Below are positions 1 to 10,609 of a DNA stretch of 64,000 bases, piece by piece; the first letter of the stretch is position 1; the number at the start of each line of letters is the position of its first letter. The translations under genes were made by a program, and so were the position numbers. Under the pieces are notes generated by a model. The model saw only the letters and a program-made list of their open reading frames with translations. It did no database searches and was not told the origin of the DNA. The stretch is from Scyliorhinus canicula (lineage: Eukaryota), in assembly GCF_902713615.1 (NCBI RefSeq), contig NC_052162.1, forward strand, positions 114,818,742-114,882,741. Direction: 5' to 3'.

Positions 1-469
1 TCCGACCGTACTGATCAGATCGCAACAGCCTCTCCGACTATACTGATCGGATCGTAACAGCCTCTCCGACCATACTGATTGGATCGTAACAGCCTCTCCG
101 ACCACACTGATCGGATCGCAACAGCCTCTCCGACTATACTGATCGGATTGTAACAGCCTCTCCGACCGTACTGATCGGATCGTAACAACCTCTCCGACCG
201 TACTGATCGGATCATAACAGCCTCTCCGACCATACTGATCGGATCATAACAGCCTCTCCGACCACACTGATCAGATCGTAACAGCCTCTCCGGCCGTACT
301 GATCGCATCGTAACAGCCTCTCCGACCACACTGATCGGATCGTAACAGCCTCTCCGACCGTACTGATCGGATCGTAACAGCCTCTCCGACCGTACTGATC
401 GGGTCGTAACAGCCTCTCCGACCGTACTGATCGGATCGTAACAGCCTCTCCGACCGCACTGATCGGATC
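1..469. repeat. 32-bp CpG-rich minisatellite (TCCGACCGTACTGATCGGATCGTAACAGCCTC), about 14.5 copies, runs off the window start
   Basis: TCCGAC recurs at 1, 33, 65 and onward; variants are mostly CG>CA/TA changes. Confidence 0.95.
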
Positions 470-489
470 ACATCAATAGAAACCAGGCT

Positions 490-770
490 GACGTACAAAA
501 GTCTAACAGGATTAGACAGGGTAGATTCAGAAAGAATGTTCTCGATGGTGGGGGAGTCCAGAACTGGAGGTCATAATTTGAGGATAAGGGATGGTAAACC
601 TTTTAGGACTGAGGCGTGGGGAAATTTCTTCACCCAGAGACTGGTGAATCTTTGCAATTCACTATCACAGAAAATAGTTGAGGCCAAAACGTTGTGTAAT
701 TTCAAGAAGTAATTAGATACAGTTCTTGGGGCTGAAGGGATCAATGGATATGGAGGGAAGGCTCAGGGTA
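490..770 (+). mobile_element. CR1 LINE 3' end fragment
   Basis: Decayed translation resembles YKxLTGLDRVDSERMF...NFFTQRxVNLxNSL, the CR1 ORF2 C-terminus. Confidence 0.8.
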
Positions 771-771
771 T

Positions 772-892
772 TCACAGAATTATAGAATTTACAGTGCGGA
801 AGGAGGCTATTCGGCCCATCGAGTCTGCACCGGCCCTTGGTAAGAGCACCCCACTTAAGCCCACACCTCCAACCTATCCCTGTAACCCAACC
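772..892 (-). mobile_element. HE1-type SINE 3' tail fragment
   Basis: ATAGAATTTACAGTGC..GGCCCATCGAGTCTGCACC, the same tail as the full copy at 49787-50142. Confidence 0.75.
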
Positions 893-1578
893 CTCTATCC
901 TCTCTGGCAGACCCACTATTCTGACATTCTGCCATCTGGACCGGTTTTCCTGGTCCTCCACTTTCCCTCTTCGGCTCCCTTGGGCCGTCACCAACCTTCT
1001 CACCTCCGTTTCCAGAGCTTCGACCCTGTCGTTCTGGTCCGAGGCAGCTTTCTCCAACTCCAGGATTGTTTTCTCCTGTGCCTCCACCTTCCTTCCCAGG
1101 CCTTTGATGGTTCGCTGCATTGGGTTTGTCGCCTCTGACATCACCTTCATCATCGTGTGGAGCTCCATCCTGATCACCTTCATGGCATTTAGCTCTCTTT
1201 CCAGCACCATTCTCCATTAGTCCCCCTGAGTGTGTGGGGGTGGGGGAGGGGGGGGGGGGGTCGCTGCGTCCTGCTCCGCAGTATAGTTCACCGGCTTTTC
1301 CCCCTCCAGGTTCGCCTGAACCTCCGCCTCGCCTCGTGTGGCCTCCTGTCTGTGCACCCGCAGTTCCTGCCCCTTTCCTTCGCTGCTGCTCCTAATATCT
1401 CACCATCCCCTCTGTTTGTTGCTGCCAAGCATGTTCCTTCCTTGCGTCTTTCACCCTTGGATGGATTTTGGTGGGCTTTTAAAGCCGGAATTTCCGATAA
1501 ATTGCCTCTGTTGGGTTTGTTTGGGAGGAGAGCCACCTGATGTGTGTCCGCTCAGCACATCGCTACCACCAGAAGTCT
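893..1578 (-). mobile_element. L1-clade LINE 5'UTR plus ORF1 N-terminal fragment
   Basis: ORF 713-1210 has a coiled coil followed by EDQENRSRWQNVRIVGLPE (L1 ORF1p motif); its 5' end matches the short piece at 53683-53815. Confidence 0.8.
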
Positions 1579-1689
1579 TACCCCTATTGAACTTGATAAT
1601 CAGCCATGATCATAATGAATGGCGGAGCAGCTAGAAGGGCTGAATGGCCTCCTCCTGCTTCTATTTTCTATGTATGTTTTATGTATTCA

Positions 1690-2058
1690 GCCCACCCAAA
1701 GTATGTCTCCCATCAAGGCGCCAATCTGGAAAAATCCTCCCACACAGGACATCAACGCAAATTCCACCTGGGCAAATGAATGGGAATCATTGGACTTGAC
1801 AAACAAGGACCTGATCTCAAACCCAACCCAACAGCTGCCTGCTTTCAACCTTCCCAGGAAAGAGTGGTCCACACTTAACAGGTTCAGGACCGGCCAGGGC
1901 CCCTGCCTGACCAACCTCCACAGATGGGGCATTAGTACCAGCTCACCTCACAGAATAATGTCCAATCCGCAGACACAGCGGAGGCCTATCCGCACTCAAC
2001 ACAGCAGGACCAGAAGAAACTGCTCGGCTGGGGGACTTTGCATTCGCTAAATAAAATA
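1690..2058 (+). mobile_element. Non-LTR retrotransposon 3' end, Ingi/Vingi-like (clade tentative)
   Basis: FNLPRKEWSTLNRFRTGQGPC..LHRWG C-terminal motif, ending in TAAATAAAATA. Confidence 0.55.
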
Positions 2059-2059
2059 C

Positions 2060-2800
2060 TGGACCAAAGCTCCTTGTGATGAAGACAATTCCTTCAGACT
2101 GATCAGCATCACCTTCAGCCTCAGAATTCTCTCTGCCATGTGTCACTTTGATGACCCTGGTTTTCCACATTGGGAAGTTCATCACAATGATATTTTCAGT
2201 CGGACCTGAAACTGCTGCTAATTGTTCCCCAGTCATTCCTGGGGTTCATTCACCTATTAGTGCTGTTCCAATTCTGACTATTGATTGATATGAAATGAAA
2301 ATCGCTTATTGTCACGAGTAGGCTTCAATGAAGTTACTGTGAAAAGCCCCTAGTCGCCACATTCCGGCGCCTGTCCGGGGAGGCTGGTACGGGAATCGAA
2401 CCGTGCTGCTGGCCTGCTTTAAAAGCCAGTGATTTAGCCTGGTGAGCTAAACCAGCCCCCTATCTAGATCTGCTAAAGATACTTTCACCCTAATTCACAA
2501 TCTGTCCAAGTCCAAATATGCATCATAGATATCCAATGAATCATCTTTCTTGTAAACCTCATCAACGAAACCCGAATGGAAAATCCAAACTTTAATCAGG
2601 ATCCAACTGACGGGCGCCCAGCTCCCAGAATACTTTGCTTCTGATTTTTCCTTTGTTAGGAAGTGAGAATGCCGAGGCCGGACCTTGTTTCCTCCTTGGT
2701 GGGGACGTAACCCTTGTCCACATCTCCACTTCATTCTTCCACTGGTCGTATGGCTCAGACTCCGAGAACATCGGCGAGTAATCAGACCCTGACAATTTCC
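2060..2800 (-). mobile_element. Ty1/Copia (GalEa-like) gag fragments, split by a SINE
   Basis: PMFSESEPYDQWKNEVEMWTRVT..KQGPA..SLP..KIRSKVF; DEVYKKDDSLDIYDAY; acidic pre-protease segment EGIVFITRSF; frameshifted. Confidence 0.6.
2292..2460 (-). mobile_element. tRNA-derived short SINE (head GGGGCTGGTTTAGC, tail GTGACAATAAGCGATTTTCATTTCA)
   Basis: A box and B box (GGTTCGATTCCC) on the minus strand; similar copies at 21558-21727, 22282-22410, 27212-27371, 63697-63867. Confidence 0.85.
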
Positions 2801-3179
2801 ACTCGCTTCAGTTATTTCCCACAAAAACTACTGGGATTGTAAGATTCTGTCTGAAATGTTATTTGCCAACCTTCACCATATAAGGGTTGTGTATTACCAT
2901 AATATAATCCTGAGAGTCTTTTGGTGAAGGAAGAAACTGGAACCAATCTGTATTTGGTATAGATTTATTCACAGAGTGAAACATTACAGGTAGATACCTC
3001 CTGACCCCACTCCACTCCATGTCAGAAAGGAAGGGAATTAATTTAAACAGCCCTGATTTCTCCTCTCACTACTGGTCTGTAAACAGAATGGAGGTTTTGA
3101 TTCCTGATCTCCCCTTTATAAGTGGTGGTGTATTTTCCTTCACCTTTCAGTTTGGTGTGAGCTCGAACTTCCATTAAGA

Positions 3180-4365
3180 ATCCAGCCTCCGGTGTTGCCC
3201 TGGTGACGGGCCGGTGGGCGGGACTAGGCCTCCTCCCGCACCGCTCGCTCCGGACTCTGAGCCGCACCGACTGCCCGGTGAGCCGGGCCCGCCTGTGCCG
3301 CCTGCAGAGCCCTGGACACCCCGGTGTTTATGCCGGTGGGAACCCAGGGAACCCTGAAGGGAATCGCCGTCCCGCAGCTGGAGGCGCTGGGCTGCCAAAT
3401 CTGCCTGGGCAACACCTACCACCTGGGCATGAGGCTGGATGATGTTGTCAGCAGTACAGTGACTGGGCCGAGGGTGGAGGAAGCCATGTTCAGGTCTGTT
3501 CGCTGGTTGGATCGCTGCATTGCAGCAAACATGAATCCCGGGCAGCAGAGTCTATTTGCCATTATCCAGGGGGGTCTGGATGCTGAACTGCGGAAGAAAT
3601 GTCTGACAGATGATTAAACGTGACGTCTCTGGTTTTGCCATCGGAGGATTGAGTGGCGGGGAGGAGAAGGATCATTTCTGGAGAATGGTGAAGCTGAGCA
3701 CAGAGTACCTCCCACCCGAGAAACCACGTTACCTAATGGGAGTCGGGTATGCGACAGATCTGGTGGTGTGTGTGGCTGTGGGCTGTGACATGTTTGACTG
3801 TGTATTTCCCACACGCACAGCGCAGTTTGGATCTGCACTCGTTCCCTGGGGATCTTTGCAGTTGAAGCACAGGCAATATGCCAAGGATTTCGGGCCCATC
3901 GATGAGGATTGTGAATGCCCGACTTGTAAGAGGTACACTCGAGCATATCTCCACGCTCTGTTCAGGAGTGACACTGCCGCCCTCCATCACATCACCATCC
4001 ATAACATTGCCTACCAGCTGAACCTGATGCGCTTTATTCGTGAGAGTATTCAGCAGGAGAAATTCCCAGCGTTCGTTCAGCAGTTCATGAAGCGGATGTA
4101 TGGGAGTGTAGAACAGTACCTACGCTGGGCAGTTGAAGCATTAAGCACTGTCAATATTAAACTGGAATAAACACTGTCACCAGGAATGGGTTATGTGCTT
4201 CAAGATCTGTTGCTGGGTGAAGATGTGGAACCCGGCCACAGCATCAGTGAACGAGGCAGCTCCCATCATGTGGCTCTGATCTCTCCCACTGTTACTCTCA
4301 CCCCTGTTGTGTTGCTGAATGTGTAATTTGTTACAAAAATAAAAGTGATTTGTTAAAAAAAGAAA
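3180..4365 (+). pseudogene. QTRT1: Processed pseudogene of queuine tRNA-ribosyltransferase catalytic subunit 1
   Basis: [80 protein letters not shown]; intronless; frameshifts near 3310 and 3610; internal deletion at about 3434; AATAAA at 4338 followed by an A-rich tail. Confidence 0.95.
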
Positions 4366-5062
4366 TGCTTCCTTGATAAACAATGTAGAACACAAGTGAC
4401 AACAATCTCCGGTTACTCGTCACAGGATCTATCCGGGAATGTGCCGATCCTGGCCAGGCTGCCTGGTGTTCAGGCTGGAGAGGGAATTTTGTTGTAGGTT
4501 AGTTGGATGCAATTCCTGGAGTAAAAATGTGAGTTGCTGATCCTGCCCTCGTCCAGCCTTCCTCAGAACCTGCCTCGTCTCTGCCCGGTGTGAACAATCG
4601 GTTCCACCCCAATTGGGTGAGGTGCTGAGGAATTGACTGAAGGTTTGTTAGCTGAAGGACAGTGATAGCAAGCAGCAAATTCGTGTTGGTTTGACATTGG
4701 TAAGGACGAGGGGTTCACACACTCCATCGCAAAGGGTCACAGCTACATCTCCGCTTCTCTTCCTGTCAGCTCAGCCGTGGCACACCAACCCCACCTCACA
4801 AACCCAGAAGCTGCTCACACTTACCGCAGCTGGAGCTTCAGGACTGAGGACCACTGAGATATCTAACTGTAGGGAGTATAATGGCTGAGCTAACACCGTG
4901 TACGACCCTGGAGAGCTACCTCAGCAGATGCCCAGAGGGAACGCAACCGTGTACCTCAGCCAGCGAGCAGCTGGGGTGCTGACAACACGGACTGGAAATA
5001 CCACAGGATGACCATGGGTTTATCAACCATTGTCGACCAGGCTTTGACTGTAATTCTGCGCG

Positions 5063-5634
5063 ACTCCACTAGATGGTGCAGTTGGCACCCTGCAGTCTGA
5101 TATTACTCCACTAGATGGTGCAGTTGGCACCCTGCAAATTGAGATTACTCCACTAGATGGTGCAGTTGGCACCCTGCAGTCTGAGATTACTCCACTAGAT
5201 GGTGCAGTTGGCACCCTGCAATCTGAGATTACTCCACTAGATGGTGCAGTTGGCACCCTGCATCCTGAGATTACTCCACTAGATGGTGCAGTTGGCACCC
5301 TGCAGTCTGAGATTACTCCACTAGATGGTGCAGTTGGCACCCTGCAATCTGAGATTACTCCACTAGATGGTGCAGTTGGCACCCTGCATCCTGAGATTAC
5401 TCCACTAGATGGTGCAGTTGGCACCCTGCAGTCTGAGATTACTCCACTAGATGGTGCAGTTGGCACCCTGCAGTCTGAGATTACTCCACTAGATGGTGCA
5501 GTTGGCACCCTGCAGTCTGATATTACTCCACTAGATGGTGCAGTTGGCACCCTGCAATCTGAGATTACTCCACTAGATGGTGCAGTTGGCACCCTGCATT
5601 GTCTGAGATTACTCCACTAGATGGTGCAGTTGGC
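5063..5634 (+). repeat. 42-bp tandem array, 14 copies, each containing a CTCF-like motif CCACTAGATGGTGC
   Basis: CCACTAGATGG starts at 5066, 5108 ... 5570 (period 42) and at 5614. Confidence 0.95.
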
Positions 5635-6301
5635 TGGGTTTAGCCAATCCTGGTTTCTACAGTAACCAATAGGCTCAAAACAAATATTAAAAGTATTTTG
5701 GAGAGAAAAAGATATTTACACTAGAGGTGTGAAATTGATATATTACTGGTCAACAGGAATAATTATTGACCAACTTTGTCAGCAAACTTCCGACAGTCAA
5801 GTATATATTTTTAATTCTATTCCCATTGCTGGATTCAGCAACAGACTGGGTATTTGTTCATCTATTCACACAGACTGGGTATTTGCTGAACTCTTATTCT
5901 ATGTATAATCAATGACTCATTTCTTCTCTCGTCATTAGCAGTTGTATTAAGAATCTTGTGAAAATAAAAGAAAAAATCTCCTGCCAGAAATCATCTGGGA
6001 GATTTGCTAAAACTTTTTTTTAAATCCAGTCTCAGGGTGGACTCAATCTCTATTTGGTGTGGATTTGTTCACAGAGTGAAATGTTACATTTATAGACCAC
6101 CTGACACCACCTGATGTCAGTCAGTGTCTCTTTCTGCTCCTTTAAAACAAATAACATTGAATAGGCAGTGAAACAAAAAACAAATTACCAAAGTAAAGTT
6201 ATAAAACTTGAAACTAAAATGTTATCTTGTGAGTCAATGATGCAGCTCAACCCCCGCAGTGCCCACCGGGAATGAAGAATGGCTCAAGTAACCATCTAAT
6301 C

Positions 6302-6686
6302 CAGGGGTGGGCAAACTTTTCCGTGCAAGGGCCACATTCAGAAATTCACAATTTTAAAGGGCCGCATAGTATATTAAGTAAAATGATTACTTCACCCGGT
6401 TATGATTCTGGGCGCCTCATGTAGAACATAGAACAGTACAGCACAGAACGGGCCCTTCGGCCCTCGATGTTGTGCCGAGCAATGATCACCCTACTCAAGT
6501 CAACGTATCCACCCTATACCAGTAAGTAACCCAACAGCCCCCCCCCCCCCCCATTAACCTTTAAAAAAAAAAAATTTTTTTTTTAAAGTTTATAAAAAAA
6601 AAAAAATTTTTTAATGACTTGGTGGGCCGCATAAAGACCTTTGGCGGGCCGCATGCGGCCCACGGGCCATAGTTTGCCCACCCCTA
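6302..6686. mobile_element. hAT (Charlie-like) MITE with a nested SINE/CR1 tail
   Basis: TIRs CAGGGGTGGGCAAACT / AGTTTGCCCACCCCTA; 8-bp TSD ATCTAATC at 6294-6301 and 6687-6694. Confidence 0.9.
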
Positions 6687-6760
6687 ATCTAATCAATACT
6701 GTGTATACTGAAACCCAACAGATACAATTAACACCCACAGTCAGAGCATCTAAAAAGTCT

Positions 6761-7354
6761 CTAATCAGTGTGACTGCCCTGGTGTCTTAGCAGCTCAGAT
6801 GAACAAATAAATCCCTTCCCACACACAGAGCATGTGAACGGCCTCTCTCCACTGTGAACCCGCTGGTGTGACAGCAGGTTGGATAACTGAGCGAATCCCT
6901 TCCCACACGCAGAGCAAGTAAAAGGCCGCTCCCCATTGTGAATTCGCTGATGTGTCTGCAGGTGGGATGACTGAGCGAATCCCTTCCCACAGTCAGAGCA
7001 GGAGAACGGCTTTTCCCTGGTGTGAACTCGCTGATGTTTCTGTAGAGTGGATGAATCAATGAATCCCTTTGCACACCGAGAGCAGGTGTATGGCCGTTCT
7101 CCAGTGTGAACTCTCTGGTGTAACTTCAGGTTGGATGACTTGGTGAACCCTTTCCCACACTCAGAGCAGGTGAATGGCCTCTCCCGGGTGTGAATTCGCT
7201 GATGTAACTGAAGGTTAAATAACCGAGCGAATCCCTTCCCACACTCAGGGCAGGTGAACGGCCTCTCCCCAGTGTGGCTGCGTCGATGAATTTCCAGCTC
7301 AGATGGGGCTTTGTATCCCTTCCCACAATCCCCACATTTCCATGGCTTCTCCAT
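6761..7354 (-). CDS. C2H2 zinc-finger protein ZNF-A1, 197 aa, 7 fingers, no KRAB/SCAN/BTB domain
   Basis: [13 protein letters not shown] start, 7 intact C2H2 fingers with TGERP-type linkers; exon-3 acceptor near 7704; exons 1 and 2 not found. Confidence 0.8.
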   Translation of the reverse strand: MEKPWKCGDCGKGYKAPSELEIHRRSHTGERPFTCPECGKGFARLFNLQLHQRIHTRERPFTCSECGKGFTKSSNLKLHQRVHTGERPYTCSRCAKGFIDSSTLQKHQRVHTREKPFSCSDCGKGFAQSSHLQTHQRIHNGERPFTCSACGKGFAQLSNLLSHQRVHSGERPFTCSVCGKGFICSSELLRHQGSHTD

Positions 7355-7896
7355 TTGGCTGGTGTTTATGTGACTCGCCAGGTTTGGGAATCGGTTGATG
7401 GCTTGGCTCACACACACACACAACACACACAGTCTCTCCCTGCTATGAATGGTGTGATTTTTTTTTCAGGCTGTGTTAAGTTATTTTCACAGTCAGTTAA
7501 CTGTAACACTCCCACTTGTGTGTCTCAGTGCTCTTTCAGTCACACTGATGATTAAAATCTTTTGAAGTCGTCAAAACAAACATTTCTCCCTCGAGACTCA
7601 AGGCCAATGATATTCAGGCCCTGTGAATCTGAATGTCTTTGGCAGATGCTGACATGATGTCTGGTTTGAGATTTCTGTCTGTAAATCTTCCTCTTTAAAC
7701 ATCCTGTAAAAGGAGTTTCCAAAATTAATTATCAGTACAGGATAGAAATTCAGAAAAGACAATTCTGTTTTTATGGAATATTGTTTTCCCTTTTGTTTCT
7801 CCCAAAACTGTAATTTTCCACCCCACACACACTCCCTCCATTCCAGCCAGACAAATAAATGTGTTAAGCTGTGGGAGGAACGGATGTCAATGTATT

Positions 7897-7992
7897 TAAG
7901 TAAGAAGTCTTACAACACCAGGTTAAAGTCCAACAGGTTTGTTTCAAACACGAGCTTTCGGAGCACGGCTCCTTCTTCAGGTGAATCCTGGT
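7897..7992 (-). mobile_element. Penelope-terminus-derived short element with a hammerhead core at 7949-7983
   Basis: Same sequence as the Penelope end at 47575-47660; minus strand reads CAC-CTGAAGA-AGGAGC-CGT-GCTCC-GAAA-GC-TC-GTG. Confidence 0.75.
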
Positions 7993-8338
7993 CACTCTCT
8001 CCAGGACATCCGCCCACGTCCCCTCCTCAATCTCCTCACCCAGCTCCTCTTCCCATTTACCCTTCAGTTCCTCCACCGAGGCCTCGTCTACCTCCTGCAT
8101 CACCCGGTATATGTTCGAAATCCTCCCTCCTCCAACCCACAACCCCGAGAGCACCCTGTCCCGCACCCCACGTGGGGGCAGCAAGGGGAACCCCTCCACC
8201 TGCCGCCTGGCAAACGCCCTCACCTGCATGTACCTAAACATGTTCCCCGGGGGGAGCCCAAACTTCCCCTCTAACTCCCCCAAGCTCGCGAACCTCCCCT
8301 CCACAAACAGGTCCCTCAACCTCCTAACCCCTACCCTA
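7993..8338 (-). mobile_element. L1-clade ORF2 C-terminal fragment
   Basis: DLFVEGRFASLGELEGKFGLP..FRYMQVR..LKGKWEEELG. Confidence 0.75.
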
Positions 8339-8339
8339 T

Positions 8340-9280
8340 GAGGGTCAGAGGGACCTTAATGTCCCTGTCCATAGATCTTTGAAGTCAATAGGAAAGATGG
8401 ATATGGTGATTCAGAACAGATATGGGACACTTCGATTAGCTGAGGTATAGAAGATAAGAGCACGGAGGTTACGATGGAGCTGTGTAAAACACTCTTTAAG
8501 CCATAGCTGGAGTACTGAGTGCAGTTCTGGTTGCCATACTACAGGAAGGATGTGATTGCACTGGAGAGGATGCAGAGGAGATTCATTAAGCATGTTGCCT
8601 GGGCGTTTCAGCGATGAAGAGAACCTGGTTAGGAGTTTCCTGGGAGCCGAGGAGGCTGAGGAGATATGTAATATGGGTGGCACGGTAGCATACTGGTTAG
8701 CACTGTTGCTTCACAGTGCCAGGGTCCAACGTTCGATTCTCCCCGTGTCTCCATGGATTTCCTCCGGGTGCTCCGGTTTCCTCCCACAAGTTCCGAAAGA
8801 CGCGCTGTTAGGTAATTTGGACATTCTGAATTCTCCCTCTGTTTACCTGAACAGCCGCCACAATGTAGCAACTCGGAGCTTTTCACGGTAACTTCATTGC
8901 AGTGTTAATGTAAGCCTATCTGTGACAATAAAGATTATTATTATACAAATTTATGAAGGACACAGCTAGAGTAGATAGGAAGAGAGCTTTCCCCTTAGTT
9001 GACAGGTCAATAAACAGTGGGCAGAAATTTAAGGTGAGGGGCAGGAGATTTAGATGGGATTTGAGGAAAAACATTTTCACCAGTGGGTGGTGGGAATCTG
9101 GAACTCGCTGCCTGAAAGCGTGGCAGAGGCGGGAAACCTCACAACATTGAAGAAGCATTGAGATGAGCACTTGATAGGCCATAGCATACAAGGCTATGGT
9201 CCAAGTGATTGGAATTCATACGTGCTCGATGGCTGGTGCAGAAATGATGGGCCAAAGGGCCTCTGGCTCTGCTGTAAAAC
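8340..9280 (+). mobile_element. Decayed CR1 3' region interrupted by a SINE (8675-8945)
   Basis: LEYxVQFWLPYYRKDVIALERMQRRF; KFKVRGRRFRWDLRKNIF. Confidence 0.75.
8675..8945 (+). mobile_element. V-SINE variant with GTGACAATAAAGATTATTATTAT tail
   Basis: V-core TTTCCTCCGGGTGCTCCGGTTTCCTCCCAC plus a tail shared with the short tRNA SINE; second copy at 40993-41282. Confidence 0.8.
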
Positions 9281-9287
9281 TCTGTTT

Positions 9288-9605
9288 TCATAGAATCCCT
9301 ACAGTGCAGAAAGAGGCCATTGGGCCCATCAAGTACCAACCCTCCAAAAGAGCAGCCCACCGAGGCCCAAGCCCCCACCCTATCCCCATAACCCCAGCTA
9401 ACCTTATTGGACACTAAGGGGCAATTTAGCACGGCTAATCCACCTAATCTGCACATTTTTGGAATGTGGGAGGAAACCGGAGCACCCGGAGGAAACCCAC
9501 ACAGACACGGGGAGAACGTGCAAACTCCACACAGACAATCAACCGAGGCTGGAATTGAATCCGGTTTCCTCATGCCGTGAGGCAGTAGTGCAAACCACTG
9601 TGCCT
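9288..9605 (-). mobile_element. HE1-type V-SINE with CR1-like tail
   Basis: tRNA-like head, V-core and TTCTATG tail. Confidence 0.85.
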
Positions 9606-10014
9606 CACTGTGTGTTATATGACACAGATTAGATTATTACTGATGGTTATGAAATAAAATACATTCATTATTCTTGTTTTGGACTGTAGTACAGTAGCTA
9701 TGTTATATATTTCCAATCAGATTTATAACAGAAGAGGAGTCCATTGGGCCTTTTGAGTTGATGCTGACTGTCTGTTGGGCAATTCTGTCAGTCTCGAATG
9801 GGTCCCATTCTGTAACCCTGCAGCACTCATCCAATTTCATTATTATCTCTGCTTGACTCCCCTCATAGGCAGCAAGTTCAAGGACATGATCAGTCACAAC
9901 CCCCTGTATCTTAACCAACCGGAACAATCCTATACATTAAAACATTTTCAGTCCAGTAATACAGACACATATCTGTCTGGCAGCCTGCATGAAGATTTTC
10001 AGGTACCTGTCCAG

Positions 10015-10080
10015 GACAGGAAGCAGTGAGCAGAGATCTGTCAATCAGCCTGAATCAGCACCTTCAGGAGAATTGGGAGG
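10015..10080 (+). other. Predicted 66-nt non-coding exon 2 of ZNF-A2; intron 10081-10249; exon 3 starts at 10250
   Basis: TGTCCAG|GACAGGAAGC...TTGGGAGG|GTGAAT and TTTTACAG|GATATTAG; module repeats at about 23550-23765, 38035-38272(-), 40735-40935, 45682-45918(-), 51433-51659. Confidence 0.6.
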
Positions 10081-10609
10081 GTGAATATTAGATACAGCAG
10101 AGTGAGAATGGAGGGAGAGTGTGTGGGATGGAGATTTACACCTTTTGGGGAATGAGAGAGGAAAAAATGTTCCAGAGAAACTACAATTGTCTGTTCTGAA
10201 TTTCTATCCTATACTGACGGCGATGGTATTTTGTAAACTCCTTTTACAGGATATTAGAAGAGGAAGGTTTACAGACAGAAATCTCAAAACGAAACATTGC
10301 ATCAACATCTGACAGAGTAATTCGATTCATTGGGTTCTGAATATCATTGGCCTGTCAATCTAGAATAACAAACGTTTGTCTGTTCTGTTCGGCTTCAAGA
10401 GATTTTAAACATCAGTGTGACTGGAAAAGCACCGAGACACACACACCCGAGTGAGAGTGTTCCAGAGCACTGACTGTGGAAAGAGCTTCAACCAGATGCA
10501 CAACCTGAAAAAACATTGCACCATTCACAGCGGGGAGAGAAAGTTCCCGTATCCTGTGTGAGACTTTAACTGATTGTCCGACTTGGAGAGACACAAGGAC
10601 ACCAACAAC

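Noticed and set aside
15-498. Repetitive ORFs at the window start
   Set aside because: By-products of the 32-bp repeat.
2360-2460. tRNA genes in SINE heads
   Set aside because: A and B boxes are present, but each runs into a constant SINE tail and the copies vary, so these are SINEs.
3610-4170. Functional QTRT1, or a tRNA/DNA-modification system linked to the cluster
   Set aside because: Intronless, frameshifted, missing DSGGFQ and ending in an A-rich tail, with no partner genes.
5023-5592. 189-aa repetitive ORF (VPTAPSSGVISDCR)n, or the array as a CRISPR locus
   Set aside because: The ORF follows from a stop-free 42-bp unit. There are no unique spacers or cas genes, and the DNA is eukaryotic.
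10571-10573. Selenocysteine or programmed readthrough at the conserved TGA
   Set aside because: One copy has CGA, which fits CpG decay. The leader also has TAA stops and frameshifts, and I recognised no SECIS (not computed).
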